53,990 bases of DNA, taken from assembly GCA_018666575.1 (NCBI GenBank), contig JABIYX010000152.1, positions 1 to 53,990 of the forward strand, given 5' to 3'. The notes beneath the pieces are model-generated. The model ran no database searches. It worked only from the letters and a program-made list of their open reading frames with translations, and was not told the DNA's origin. Made by a program: the position numbers and the translations under genes. This document shows, one piece after another, positions 38,203 to 48,147 of the stretch. Every line of letters starts with the position of its first letter. The stretch's first letter is position 1. The DNA is from Methanobacteriota archaeon. Its GTDB lineage: Archaea > Thermoplasmatota > Poseidoniia > Poseidoniales > Poseidoniaceae.

Positions 38203-38852
38203 AGAATACCCATCCATTTGTGTGTTTGAAGTGACAATCTCCATTCAGGATTCTGCTTTACGATTTGTTCAGTAATTTGAAATGATTTACCATTTTCTGC
38301 TATTGTATCTGTATCGATGTAACAGGGTTGAAGGAATAAGTGTTCAAACCCCTGCTTTAATTCATCGTACATTGAAAGGTCTTGGCCGCAGTATACCACC
38401 TTCATCTCATTTCCAGATGCCTGGCGTATTGCTACATTAGGATACATCTGATCCTTTGGGGAGATACAAATCCAATCTAGTAACCCGTTTGGAATCTCAA
38501 TTGTTCCATTACTTTCGATTGAAAGAGAAAATCCTCTTCTCTTCAATAAACGATGTAAAGGCCACAAATTCTGGAGCATTGGTTCTCCCCCAGTGAATAT
38601 TATTCGCTTACAGTCGAATTTCAAAACCTCGTCTAGAATATCAATTGCAGTCATATTTTTGTATGTGTCAAAATCAGTGTCACACCAAGAACAACGCAGA
38701 TTGCATGACCCGAATCGTACGAATATGTGAGGAATTCCTGCATGATATCCTTCACCTTGTACGGAATGAAAAATCTCAACGATTGGATATTCAATGGCTA
38801 AATCGACAGGGTCATCCAAAATTTCATCTCCTGATAGAGAACATTGAACCAT
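38199..38852 (-). CDS. queE: 7-carboxy-7-deazaguanine synthase (radical SAM)
   Basis: EIFHSVQGEG, CNLRCSWCDT, TGGEP and RLSLQTHK. Confidence 0.95.
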   Translation of the reverse strand: MVQCSLSGDEILDDPVDLAIEYPIVEIFHSVQGEGYHAGIPHIFVRFGSCNLRCSWCDTDFDTYKNMTAIDILDEVLKFDCKRIIFTGGEPMLQNLWPLHRLLKRRGFSLSIESNGTIEIPNGLLDWICISPKDQMYPNVAIRQASGNEMKVVYCGQDLSMYDELKQGFEHLFLQPCYIDTDTIAENGKSFQITEQIVKQNPEWRLSLQTHKWMGIL

Positions 38853-38862
38853 AGTATCAACC

Positions 38863-39435
38863 CTAGTCTGAATTAGAAATTAACTGCATTAATTCACTAC
38901 GCGCTTCTTGTTTGTCGAAGAATACACCACGCATCGAGCTTGTGGTCATAATTGCATTTTGTTTCTTCACGCCTCTGCATCGCATACAACCATGTGCTGC
39001 TTGAATAATTACTGCAGCGCCAAGCGGTGAAAGGTTTTCGACTAAGTCATCCGCGACCCCGTTTGTAATGCGTTCTTGATTTTGTAATCGCAAAGCATGG
39101 TGGTCTACAATTCGTGCGAGTTTAGAGATTCCAACGATACGATCGACTGGAATGTATGCTACATGCGCTTTGCCAGAAAATGGTTGCAGATGATGCTCAC
39201 ATGTAGAATGGAATTCTATGTTGCTAAGTAAAACAATACCATCGTATCCTTCTGCGTTAAATGTAGCATCGAGTATTTCCTTTGGATTGGTCTTATACCC
39301 GCTAAAAATTTCATCCCATGAATCAATCACTCGTTCTGGAGTTCTCATCAAACCTTCTCTTTGAGAGTCAGTTTCCAAGTATTTGAGTAAGGTATGTACT
39401 GCTTCTTCTGCTTCTTTTCTTGTGGTCATAATCAT
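38863..39435 (-). CDS. folE: GTP cyclohydrolase I (FolE type)
   Basis: REGLMRTPERV, STCEHHLQPF, GISKLAR, LQNQER and HGCMRCRGV. Confidence 0.95.
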   Translation of the reverse strand: MIMTTRKEAEEAVHTLLKYLETDSQREGLMRTPERVIDSWDEIFSGYKTNPKEILDATFNAEGYDGIVLLSNIEFHSTCEHHLQPFSGKAHVAYIPVDRIVGISKLARIVDHHALRLQNQERITNGVADDLVENLSPLGAAVIIQAAHGCMRCRGVKKQNAIMTTSSMRGVFFDKQEARSELMQLISNSD

Positions 39436-39605
39436 TCACCTTCTAGTCTTCCTTGCCGTTTATCAATTGTATCGAGTTGATCGAGCAATTTTCTGCAAGC
39501 CGATCGTATTGCATCAGCAACACTGATGAATTTCTTGTCATCGCCAACATGAAATTTCAAATCATTTAGTAATTCACTTGGCATGTCTAAACTCACCTTA
39601 GGCAT
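39432..39605 (-). CDS. Ribbon-helix-helix (CopG-like) regulator, 57 aa; below the ORF-track cutoff
   Basis: Translated by hand: MPKVSLDMPSELLNDLKFHVGDDKKFISVADAIRSACRKLLDQLDTIDKRQGRLEGE. ATGA overlap with folE. Confidence 0.8.
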   Translation of the reverse strand: MPKVSLDMPSELLNDLKFHVGDDKKFISVADAIRSACRKLLDQLDTIDKRQGRLEGE

Positions 39606-39615
39606 AGCCAGTCCA

Positions 39616-39632
39616 TCGTATACGAATATAAG
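39616..39632 (-). promoter_or_regulatory. Candidate TATA box (TTATAT) with adjacent 10-bp palindrome TCGTATACGA
   Basis: TATA-like element 21-26 nt upstream of the RHH ATG; perfect palindrome at 39616-39625. Confidence 0.45.
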
Positions 39633-39639
39633 AAGAATA

Positions 39640-40860
39640 CTATGATCTTGAGGTCACGATATCTTCTCTTGAAAATTGTTTCGCAGCATACCGAATCGTC
39701 AATGATGAAACGAAAATGGAGACACTTATCCAAATGATAACGTGTTCGACGATTACTCTGTCAAGGAGTAATTCTCGTAGAGCGAGTAGGACATTAACAA
39801 ATGGTATTGCAAACCAGAAGGATTCTACGTCATCTAAATTTATGAATTGTGTAAGTAAAATAGGTACAATCATTGCAAGCGTTATCGGAGCAAGTACAGT
39901 TCCTGCTTCTTTAACTGATTTTGACCTCATAGCCAAGGCGAGATAAAGGGCAACAATCATTGTTCCATAAAGACCAACAGCGAGTGTTAACAAGAGTACA
40001 GAGGCGATGCTAATTTCAGGGACATTAACCAAATCTTCTGCCAGGAAAGCAATGCCAAATAATAATCCAGCAACTTGTAATGCAACACCAACTCCAGTTA
40101 TCGTAACGACAGCTAACCATTTACCCATGAGAAGTTCTGATCGAGATAAAGGTAAACTCAACAACGACTCCAGTGTTCCACGTTCTCTTTCCCCAACCGT
40201 CATGTCAATTGCAGGTTGTACGGCTGCAGATGCAGTCCACAATGCCAGTACGAACGGGATAAATAACGACAGTAGCATCCCTGCTTGTTCTCCCTTTGTA
40301 GCCACATCAGCATCAGAAATTTCACCATCCCAGCGCAGTGGGTTCAGAGTTGTATCAGCATCAAGACCGCCTGCTTCAATACGTTCGATTGTTTCGTTCG
40401 TTTCCCACTCATTTAACACGTCGAGTACTCTGTTACGTGCTTCTGTGGATTGTTCTGAGGTTGAAAGGAATAAAACCGAATAGACCCAAGTATCATTCAT
40501 TTGTTGGAGCCTTAGTATTGCATCATATTCGTATGAACGCAGACGAGATGAGTCATTCAAGGGTTCAGATAAGGTTTCTAATCCATCTGGTAAGGCCTCT
40601 GTTGTGATTGTCATATTTGTTTGATTAAGGCCCAAGAAGATGTCCTCATCAATATAATCAGATTGAATCAATACATCGACATCAAGTTGTTGCAATTCTT
40701 GAGCTTCGTTTTGCATCACAAGAGGGAATGCGATGAAGAGAAGGGGGAAAAGTAGGAGTGGGACTAGGATCAGAGCCACTATCGTCCTCCAATCACGAAT
40801 GAATTCCATGATTTCTTTTTTGGCGACAATACGCATCTGAGTAAATCGGATCCTACTCAT
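39640..40860 (-). CDS. ABC-2 permease (NatB-like)
   Basis: KKEIMEFIRDWRT and GERERGTLESLL; multiple TMs. Confidence 0.88.
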   Translation of the reverse strand: MSRIRFTQMRIVAKKEIMEFIRDWRTIVALILVPLLLFPLLFIAFPLVMQNEAQELQQLDVDVLIQSDYIDEDIFLGLNQTNMTITTEALPDGLETLSEPLNDSSRLRSYEYDAILRLQQMNDTWVYSVLFLSTSEQSTEARNRVLDVLNEWETNETIERIEAGGLDADTTLNPLRWDGEISDADVATKGEQAGMLLSLFIPFVLALWTASAAVQPAIDMTVGERERGTLESLLSLPLSRSELLMGKWLAVVTITGVGVALQVAGLLFGIAFLAEDLVNVPEISIASVLLLTLAVGLYGTMIVALYLALAMRSKSVKEAGTVLAPITLAMIVPILLTQFINLDDVESFWFAIPFVNVLLALRELLLDRVIVEHVIIWISVSIFVSSLTIRYAAKQFSREDIVTSRS

Positions 40861-41677
40861 CTTCGTTCACCTCATATCCAGGACTCCGTGTAAACAATCT
40901 TCGCCAAAGCATTGCGAACTTTGATGGTTCGACCATATCTTCCTGCCGTGGTCGAGCGACTTCCGAAGTTAGAGATACATATGCTTCTTCAAGAGAATTC
41001 GTATTAGTTATAGAGAGCAGGTCTTCGGGGGTTCCATCAGCACGTATTGTCCCATTGTGTACAATGATAATCCTGTCACATACCTGTTCTGCTTCAGCTA
41101 GATGATGTGTAGAATAAATGACAGTACCTCCTTCATCTTTGAGTTTCGAAACAAGTTTCCTAACGATACGAGCTGAGGTAACATCCAATCCAGCTGTAGG
41201 TTCATCCAAAAGCAGTATGCTTGGTCCATGAGCTAAAGCTCTCAGTAGAGCCGTTTTCTGACGCATACCCCGGGAAAATCCTTCTGTATATCGATGTAGG
41301 CTATCTTGCATGTCGAGTAATTCTGCAAAACGAATAGTACGAGACCAAGCTACTGAGTCTTCAATCCCATGAATTCTACTGTGAAACCGTATGTTTTCCC
41401 AAGCGGTTAGTTTAGAATACAAACCAGTGGATTCAGGAACGACGCCCAATACTGAACGCATTTCGTCAACATTTTTTCCATCTTTGAGGTGCACTCGTCC
41501 TGTCGTTGGTTTATATATGCCAGCCATCATTCGGAGCAGTGTGGTTTTCCCAGCACCATTGCCGCCAACCAGGCCAACAACTGATTCATTTTTGATTTCT
41601 AGTGAGACATGTTCGATGGCATGGACATCTCCAAATGATTTACTCACATCAGTGAGGTGGAGGAGATTATCTGTCAT
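40853..41677 (-). CDS. ABC transporter ATP-binding protein (NatA-like)
   Basis: GGNGAGKTT, FSRGMRQK, LLLDEPT and STH. Confidence 0.92.
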   Translation of the reverse strand: MTDNLLHLTDVSKSFGDVHAIEHVSLEIKNESVVGLVGGNGAGKTTLLRMMAGIYKPTTGRVHLKDGKNVDEMRSVLGVVPESTGLYSKLTAWENIRFHSRIHGIEDSVAWSRTIRFAELLDMQDSLHRYTEGFSRGMRQKTALLRALAHGPSILLLDEPTAGLDVTSARIVRKLVSKLKDEGGTVIYSTHHLAEAEQVCDRIIIVHNGTIRADGTPEDLLSITNTNSLEEAYVSLTSEVARPRQEDMVEPSKFAMLWRRLFTRSPGYEVNEDE

Positions 41678-41690
41678 GAAAAACCCTCGA

Positions 41691-42038
41691 TTAAGAGGCT
41701 CGTCCATTTTCGATAGCAATGTCCAAACCAGGATGCTTTTCTTCAAGTCGTTTTGCACGTGCAAGCGTATTTCTTAATTCTTGTTGAATTTCCTGTTGAG
41801 GGATACCCATCTCAACAAGTGTTCCAATGAGTGTGAATGCCCCTTGGATCGCACCTGCGTCAAGAAATGCATCATTAGTGATTTCACCATGGAGGCGAAG
41901 AAGTTCTAATCGGTTAGCAATGAACTCTGCTTCTTCCCGGATTCTTGGTCCTGCAATATGCGGCAAGGCGATCAAATGGTCAATACAGGTTCTCATCATC
42001 TCTGGGTTACCGAGAACGATTATGAGCATTATGCTCAT
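41691..42038 (-). CDS. Hypothetical helical protein
   Basis: GAGGT SD and a tight operonic position between mce and the ABC ATPase. Confidence 0.65.
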   Translation of the reverse strand: MSIMLIIVLGNPEMMRTCIDHLIALPHIAGPRIREEAEFIANRLELLRLHGEITNDAFLDAGAIQGAFTLIGTLVEMGIPQQEIQQELRNTLARAKRLEEKHPGLDIAIENGRAS

Positions 42039-42046
42039 TTGACCTC

Positions 42047-42475
42047 TTATCTTTGTTTTAGTTCGACCAATACTCCACCGGTACTTCGGGGATGTACGAA
42101 GGCAATGAGTGAATCATGAGCGCCTTTACGCGGGCTTTTATCGATCATACGTATTCCATGATGAATCAGATGACTAATCATTGCTTCTAAATCATCGACG
42201 GACAAACATAATTGTTGTATTCCTTCTCCTCGCTTAGAAAGAAATTTTCCAATCGGAGTATCTGGGCCTGATGGCTCCAATAGTTCGATATTAGGTCCAT
42301 CGGAAGACGCTGATGATAATGGAAAGAATCGGGTTGTAACACCTTGGTCTTCTACAAAATCATCTTTTCCTTTTGCTTGAAGGCCAATAATATTCCAAAA
42401 TGTGCTTCCTTCTTCAAGAGAATTAGTTGCAATCCCAATATGGTCAATTTCTATTCGTTGTTTCATATGCATCAC
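42047..42475 (-). CDS. mce: Methylmalonyl-CoA epimerase
   Basis: IDHIGIA, IELLEP, KRGEG and AFVHPRSTGGVLVEL. Confidence 0.93.
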   Translation of the reverse strand: MMHMKQRIEIDHIGIATNSLEEGSTFWNIIGLQAKGKDDFVEDQGVTTRFFPLSSASSDGPNIELLEPSGPDTPIGKFLSKRGEGIQQLCLSVDDLEAMISHLIHHGIRMIDKSPRKGAHDSLIAFVHPRSTGGVLVELKQR

Positions 42476-44050
42476 CTAAAACCCACTAGGTGCCATGTAG
42501 ACTCCAAAGACATCTTTCATTGCCTTCATGATCTCCCCTAGCGTCGCATCTTGTTTCACTGCTTCGATGACTAACGGGAATAAATTATCTTCAGTTGTAC
42601 AAGCATTCGAAATCCGCTCTAGTATGTCGTTTACAGCTTTTGAATCTCTCGCTAATCTCGTTTCTTTCAATCGTTGATGTTGTTGTTCTGTCACTTTTGG
42701 ATTAAGTTTCATTGGTTGAACTTTGATATCTTCTTCAAGAACACCATGATTCACTCCAACAATATTTCTTGTATTTCTTTCAATTTCGTTGAAGTAGCGG
42801 TATGCAGTCGTATGAATCTCTTGTTGCTGATATCCTTGCTCAATTGCTGCCATAGAACCTCCAAGAGATTCGACTTTCAGAATTTCTGTCATCGTTTGTT
42901 CATATATCTGGTCAGTAAGATTCTCGATATGGTACGAGCCTGCAAATGGATCTACAACGTCAGCCACACCAGATTCTTCAGCGATTATCTGCTGTGTTCT
43001 TAATGCCACAGTAGCACTTTTCTCTGTCGGTAATCCTAAGGCTTCATCATAACTGTTGGTATGAAGACTCTGTGTACCTCCACAAACAGCAGCTAATGCT
43101 TGGATAGTTACTCGACTAATGTTGTTGAGTGGTTGTTGAGCGGTTAACGAAACACCTGCAACTTGGGTGTGGAATCGAAGCATGCTTGAACGCGGATTCT
43201 TGGGATCATACCGCTTTGTCATGAGGTCATACCAAAGTCTTCTTGCTGCTCTAAATTTAGATACTTCTTCAAGAAAATCATTGTGGCAATTGAAGAAAAA
43301 GGAAAGACGAGGAGCAAATTGATCAATATCTAATCCCTTAGTTATGGCAGCTTCAACATATGCTAATGCATTTGAAATCGTGAATGCTAATTCTTGTACT
43401 GCAGTTGAACCCGCTTCACGAATGTGATAGCCTGAAATTGAAATTGTATTCCATTTTGGAATTTGCTGGGAACAGTATTCAAAAATGTCCGTAATCAATC
43501 TCATAGAGGGTTCTGGTGGAAATACATAGGTGCCTCTGGCAATGTACTCTTTGAGAATGTCATTCTGTATTGTTCCTGAAATTTTATTCATGGATACGCC
43601 TTGTTCTTCGGCCACAACGGCATACATTGCAAGTAAGACCATTGCAGGAGCATTGATTGTCATTGAAGTTGATACTTTGTCCAGAGGAATTTCCGATAGT
43701 AATTCTCGCATATCCTCCAATGTCGATATAGAGACTCCGACTTTACCAACTTCTCCTTCAGATAACGGATCATCCGCATCAAGACCTAATTGGGTCGGTA
43801 AGTCAAAAGCAACTGATAGACCTTTTTGACCTCGGTCAAGCAATAAACGAAACCGTTCATTCGTCTCTTTTGCTGAAGAGAAGCCAGCGTACTGGCGCAT
43901 TGTCCACAATCTTGTCTTGTACATGTGTTCATGAATGCCACGAGTGTAAGGAGGCTGGCCAGGAATTTCACCGCTTCCATCGCCAATATGATAAGATGGG
44001 ATTGAGATTCCGCCCAAGGTTTCCCATTTGTCTTTACGAAACGCCACCAT
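42476..44050 (-). CDS. mcmA: Methylmalonyl-CoA mutase, substrate-binding subunit
   Basis: PYTRG, WTMRQYAGF, GLSVAFDLPT, QNDILKEY and QSLHTNSYDE. No B12-binding domain. Confidence 0.94.
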   Translation of the reverse strand: MVAFRKDKWETLGGISIPSYHIGDGSGEIPGQPPYTRGIHEHMYKTRLWTMRQYAGFSSAKETNERFRLLLDRGQKGLSVAFDLPTQLGLDADDPLSEGEVGKVGVSISTLEDMRELLSEIPLDKVSTSMTINAPAMVLLAMYAVVAEEQGVSMNKISGTIQNDILKEYIARGTYVFPPEPSMRLITDIFEYCSQQIPKWNTISISGYHIREAGSTAVQELAFTISNALAYVEAAITKGLDIDQFAPRLSFFFNCHNDFLEEVSKFRAARRLWYDLMTKRYDPKNPRSSMLRFHTQVAGVSLTAQQPLNNISRVTIQALAAVCGGTQSLHTNSYDEALGLPTEKSATVALRTQQIIAEESGVADVVDPFAGSYHIENLTDQIYEQTMTEILKVESLGGSMAAIEQGYQQQEIHTTAYRYFNEIERNTRNIVGVNHGVLEEDIKVQPMKLNPKVTEQQHQRLKETRLARDSKAVNDILERISNACTTEDNLFPLVIEAVKQDATLGEIMKAMKDVFGVYMAPSGF

Positions 44051-44094
44051 AAATCACCCACGACGAGGCAATTCATCAATCCTCGCTTTCAAGT

Positions 44095-44568
44095 TCAATG
44101 TTCATGTCCGCCAGGACCATGTGCGTGTCCATGAGAGAGTTCTTCATCAGAAGCAGGTCGTACATCGACCACTTCGACACTGAATTCCAACGTTTCTCCA
44201 GCGAGTTTGTGATTGAAATCGACTGTGATGGTGTCACCATCTACGGCTGTAACATTGAATGGTCCGACGTCAGACATCAGAGTCATTCCGACTTCCGGTT
44301 CAATATCTCCAAACATATCCTTGGGGATTGTTTGGATTGCTTCTTCCATTTTGTGACCATATGCGCGCTCAGGCTCGAGAGTAAATGTTCTCCTCTCGCC
44401 CTTTTTCGCTCCCATAAGTTCTTCTTCAAAACCTGGGATCATTTGCTTGTGACCAACCAAAAAAGTTAGTGGGTCACGGCCTTCGCTTGAATCAAAAACT
44501 TCTCCCGATTCTGGCAGGGTTCCTGTGTAATGGACTGTTGCGACTGCATTTGCTTCTACTGTAGACAT
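44095..44568 (-). CDS. slyD: FKBP-type peptidyl-prolyl isomerase SlyD
   Basis: VHYTG, IPGFEE, VDFNHKLAG and a His-rich tail HGHAHGPGGHEH. Confidence 0.92.
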   Translation of the reverse strand: MSTVEANAVATVHYTGTLPESGEVFDSSEGRDPLTFLVGHKQMIPGFEEELMGAKKGERRTFTLEPERAYGHKMEEAIQTIPKDMFGDIEPEVGMTLMSDVGPFNVTAVDGDTITVDFNHKLAGETLEFSVEVVDVRPASDEELSHGHAHGPGGHEH

Positions 44569-44572
44569 GATA

Positions 44573-45466
44573 TCATCTTCTTGTTGTAAGGGCTCTAACG
44601 AGGGTTGTTAGTCGTTCCGCCACTTCTTTGGAAATAATGAGTTCTTCTTCCTTATCGGCGATGAAGGCATAGGTCTCCTCAACACCCATTCGTTCTCCCT
44701 TAGCCCAAATTTGACCTAATAGATTTGAACGATGTTCCTCAGCGATACTATCGTCTTCGAGAATATCTTTAGCAGCATATTTGTACTCGTTGTACTTTTG
44801 TCTGTTGAGTTTCTTAACCTTAGGTTGACGGCCACCACGGCCATCATCATGCCTTCTTCGTCTTCGACTGAATCGCTCGGGCTTGGTTACCTTCGTGGTA
44901 ATCTTCTTGAACACATTTTTTTGTGACGTTGGATCGATTTCACTATCGGCAGGAGCCACTTCTGAAGGAGCCGCTTTAGGTGCAATGATAGCAGAGGCAG
45001 GAGAGGCTACGGGTTTTTGTTCGACAACAGGCTTTGCAACAGCAGGTTCCAAAATTAATTCTGTCTTCTTAATGGATTCCTGTGACTGTTTTCTCAATTC
45101 AGCAAGCCGGTCGGCACGGGATTGATTTTTTACTGTGGAAGGCTGGGTCGATGCTGGATTGATTTGGCCTGCGCCGACAGCAGGTTTACTTTGAGATGTA
45201 GCTTGTTTTTCCGAAACTGTAAGTTTTTTACGAGCCTCTTGTTGCTTCTTCAACAAATCTGATTCCATTGTCCCAGATCGTGGCACTGGGCGTGTTGGAG
45301 TTGGTGCCGTCGGGCCAGATTGCAGTGTTCGTTCGCTTCTCTTCTTTTGGCGGACGGCATTTGCATTTGCCGCAAAAGGATTGAATGGTTCATCCTTTTT
45401 TCTACGCCTGTCTCGAATTATGAAGCCCCCGGTAGTTACAACTCCATGACGACTCATTAAAAACAA
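44573..45466 (-). CDS. Hypothetical basic low-complexity protein with a C-terminal helical domain
   Basis: 297-aa ORF with Arg/Lys runs, located between kae1 and slyD. Start uncertain. Confidence 0.7.
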   Translation of the reverse strand: MFLMSRHGVVTTGGFIIRDRRRKKDEPFNPFAANANAVRQKKRSERTLQSGPTAPTPTRPVPRSGTMESDLLKKQQEARKKLTVSEKQATSQSKPAVGAGQINPASTQPSTVKNQSRADRLAELRKQSQESIKKTELILEPAVAKPVVEQKPVASPASAIIAPKAAPSEVAPADSEIDPTSQKNVFKKITTKVTKPERFSRRRRRHDDGRGGRQPKVKKLNRQKYNEYKYAAKDILEDDSIAEEHRSNLLGQIWAKGERMGVEETYAFIADKEEELIISKEVAERLTTLVRALTTRR

Positions 45467-45481
45467 ATCGCATGAATCAGA

Positions 45482-46498
45482 CTACTGCCACGTCACTAAT
45501 GTGTCATCGGTTCGTAGATATTGATTGATTCCGCTAGAGCCAAGGGACGTTTTCCGTCCATTATTGAGCTCAATATATCCTAAGCGTGCAATCATTGTCC
45601 CATTATCTATGCAATACATACGTGGTGGCGCGTGCGATGTAGATTCACGATCTTTGGCCATCAAGTTGCACATCTCTCTGATACGATTGTTGCAGGCTAC
45701 ACCACCGCCAAGCAAGAGTTCCGTTTTACCACTGTGGGCTAAGGCTCGCTCTGCAACTTCGACGCATGCAGCAAATGCGTGTTCCTGTAAAGACCAACAT
45801 ACTGAACCGAGTGAATGACCTTTTTCGATTAACCTCTGGGCTGCAGTAAGAATGCCAGAAAAGGCAAGATCCATCCCCCGTACCGGATATGGTAATTCTA
45901 ATCCCTCGAGGGTAGCATTAGGATTATTTTGGATGAATTCAAGAGCATGTTTCTCAATAACTGGTCCGCCAGGGAAGGGGATCCCTTGTTGGCGAGCAAA
46001 TTTATCGAGCATATTCCCTATGCCAATGTCCAGTGTTTCCCCCAAGACTCGATATTTGCCTTGCAATTTTGCAATCACTTGGGTATTTCCACCCGATACA
46101 TACAGCAAAACTGGATCTTCACAATCACATTGCTGCCTGCCAATTTCTATGTGAGCGACACAATGATTTACGCCTATGAGGGGGACGTCAAGCATGCTTG
46201 AAATCGTCCTAGCAACAGAAGCACCAATTCTAAGGCATGGGCCGAGGCCAGGGCCTTGTGAATAAGCAACAGCACCAATGTCTTTAGGATTGAGGTTTTG
46301 AGATTTTAAAATCTTATGAAAAAGAACCGCAGAAAGATCACGATGGTGATCTGCTGCCTCTCTCGGATGGATGCCTCCTTCCAAAGGCTTGACGGTATCG
46401 CTCATTGAAGGGAATGGAATACCTGAACTGTTGACCAATCCAAATGAAAATGTATGGGCTGTAGACTCTATCCCCAACGTCCAGTTACCACCTGCCAT
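45482..46498 (-). CDS. kae1: t6A synthase Kae1/TsaD (stand-alone)
   Basis: LGIESTAH, GGIHPREAADHH, VNHCVAHIE, LYVSGGNTQ and DNGTMIA. Confidence 0.95.
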   Translation of the reverse strand: MAGGNWTLGIESTAHTFSFGLVNSSGIPFPSMSDTVKPLEGGIHPREAADHHRDLSAVLFHKILKSQNLNPKDIGAVAYSQGPGLGPCLRIGASVARTISSMLDVPLIGVNHCVAHIEIGRQQCDCEDPVLLYVSGGNTQVIAKLQGKYRVLGETLDIGIGNMLDKFARQQGIPFPGGPVIEKHALEFIQNNPNATLEGLELPYPVRGMDLAFSGILTAAQRLIEKGHSLGSVCWSLQEHAFAACVEVAERALAHSGKTELLLGGGVACNNRIREMCNLMAKDRESTSHAPPRMYCIDNGTMIARLGYIELNNGRKTSLGSSGINQYLRTDDTLVTWQ

Positions 46499-46549
46499 GA
46501 TTTTATCCAGAATGCGATTGTTCTTCAACTCTCACCTTCTAGCCAGTTT

Positions 46550-47764
46550 GTGCGAACCATTTTCTTTGATGTAGGTCCCTTGGCCACTCTTGATGAAAAT
46601 GATTCTATACTTGATGGAAAAGCAATTATCGTAAATAACAATCTCATAGAGGATATCGTTGATTCAGAAGTGGCAGTTGATGAATTTAATTCTGCTGATG
46701 TCCAATTTGTTGACGTATCTGGCAAGGCGATTATCCCTGGCTTGATCGATGCACACAATCACTTGCTATGGGCAGGTGATCGATTTAATGAACATAAATT
46801 ACGAATGGATGGTCTATCATATGCAGACATTGCTGCTGCAGGAGGAGGTATTATGCAAACGGTAACTCATACCAGAAATGCAACTGATGAGCAACTCTTG
46901 CACATTGGTAAGCAGCGTTTGCAAGAGTCACTTCGGAATGGATGCACATTTCTCGAAGCTAAATCTGGCTATGGCCTTTCTACGAAACAAGAATTGCGAT
47001 TATTAGAGATTCAACATGAATTAGATCATTTAGACGGTTTACCCTCGATTCATTCGACATGGATGGGAGCACATGCTGTAACTCAGGGGATTTCCTATGA
47101 GGATTATACTGAAGAAATACTATCTGATCAACTCCCCAATGTATTGGATTCTGGTTTAGCCCAATCTGCGGATGTATTTTGCGAACCTGGATGGTTTTCA
47201 ATTGAACAATCAGAGTCTATTCTTCGAGCCTCAAGAAAAGGAGGATTGGATTTGCGTATGCACATTGATGAATTTACAAATGGCGGTGGGGGCGAGTTGG
47301 CTTCAGAACTCAAAGTTGTAACTGCCGACCATGCACACCACACTCCGCTAGACGTTCGTCTTGATATGATGGAAAATGGAGTGATGACAGGTTTCCTACC
47401 AGGTACGCCTTATTCCAACGGTGATGATTGGCCAGACTTCAACGACATATCAGCCAATGGTATAGATTACACAATCGCAACAGATTTTAATCCAAATTGC
47501 CATATTAACAATTTACCCTTCATAGGGTCGTTACTTGTGCAACGAAATGGAGTTGATCCATACCATGCCCTTGTAGCACTTACAAAGAATGCTGCCAAAT
47601 CTACTCCGCGCAAAGATGGTTTAACTCAAGGAATGATAGAGATCGGGGCAGTCGCTAATTTTAATATTCTTAAGAGCAAACATTGGGAGAGTTGGTGTAT
47701 GACTCCTGGCACATCACCAATTCATTCAGTTTGTTTGGAAGGAAACTATATTGAAAAACTATGA
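46550..47764 (+). CDS. hutI: Imidazolonepropionase
   Basis: PGLIDAHNH, GGGIMQTV, EAKSGYGL, DVFCE and ATDFNP. GTG start inferred. Confidence 0.93.
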   Translation: MRTIFFDVGPLATLDENDSILDGKAIIVNNNLIEDIVDSEVAVDEFNSADVQFVDVSGKAIIPGLIDAHNHLLWAGDRFNEHKLRMDGLSYADIAAAGGGIMQTVTHTRNATDEQLLHIGKQRLQESLRNGCTFLEAKSGYGLSTKQELRLLEIQHELDHLDGLPSIHSTWMGAHAVTQGISYEDYTEEILSDQLPNVLDSGLAQSADVFCEPGWFSIEQSESILRASRKGGLDLRMHIDEFTNGGGGELASELKVVTADHAHHTPLDVRLDMMENGVMTGFLPGTPYSNGDDWPDFNDISANGIDYTIATDFNPNCHINNLPFIGSLLVQRNGVDPYHALVALTKNAAKSTPRKDGLTQGMIEIGAVANFNILKSKHWESWCMTPGTSPIHSVCLEGNYIEKL

Positions 47765-47823
47765 ATGGGTTAACAGTGATGTAATAGATTTATATTTGTT
47801 CAAATAATATTTAGGGGAATGTC

Positions 47824-48147
47824 ATGGCGTGGTTAGAAACTGTTGTTTGTTCGAGCAAGAAAAAAGTAGATGCTCGGTTTCTAAGAGTTCTTAACGCTCA
47901 CCAGGAATTGAAAAGGAGACAAGAAAATTGTATTGCAGCTTGGGCTGCCCGTTCGGTTGATGGCCAACCGCTTTTCCTCGTGCAATCTCTTTACACCTCT
48001 CGTAAAGATCTTCAACGAATTACTAAACTGGTCTCAGAAAAAATGGATTCAGAACATGGATCTTTGCAATCATTCATGTCAGGACCTCCATTGGTTGGTA
48101 TTTTTGAAGTCGATGAAACTGAATTTGTTAACCAATTCGAAAAGTGA
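47824..48147 (+). CDS. Hypothetical protein, possible ABM/dimeric alpha-beta barrel
   Basis: GGGGA SD, 107 aa, alpha/beta pattern ending in SFMSGPP. Confidence 0.55.
   Translation: MAWLETVVCSSKKKVDARFLRVLNAHQELKRRQENCIAAWAARSVDGQPLFLVQSLYTSRKDLQRITKLVSEKMDSEHGSLQSFMSGPPLVGIFEVDETEFVNQFEK

Noticed and set aside
36586..39435. que cluster as a DNA 7-deazaguanine modification (dpd) defence island
   Set aside because: No dpdA/TGT-like, helicase or nuclease genes nearby. Archaeosine synthesis explains it more simply.
39606..39639. preQ1 riboswitch upstream of the que operon
   Set aside because: Only 34 bp of intergenic space, occupied by promoter-like elements, with no aptamer motif.
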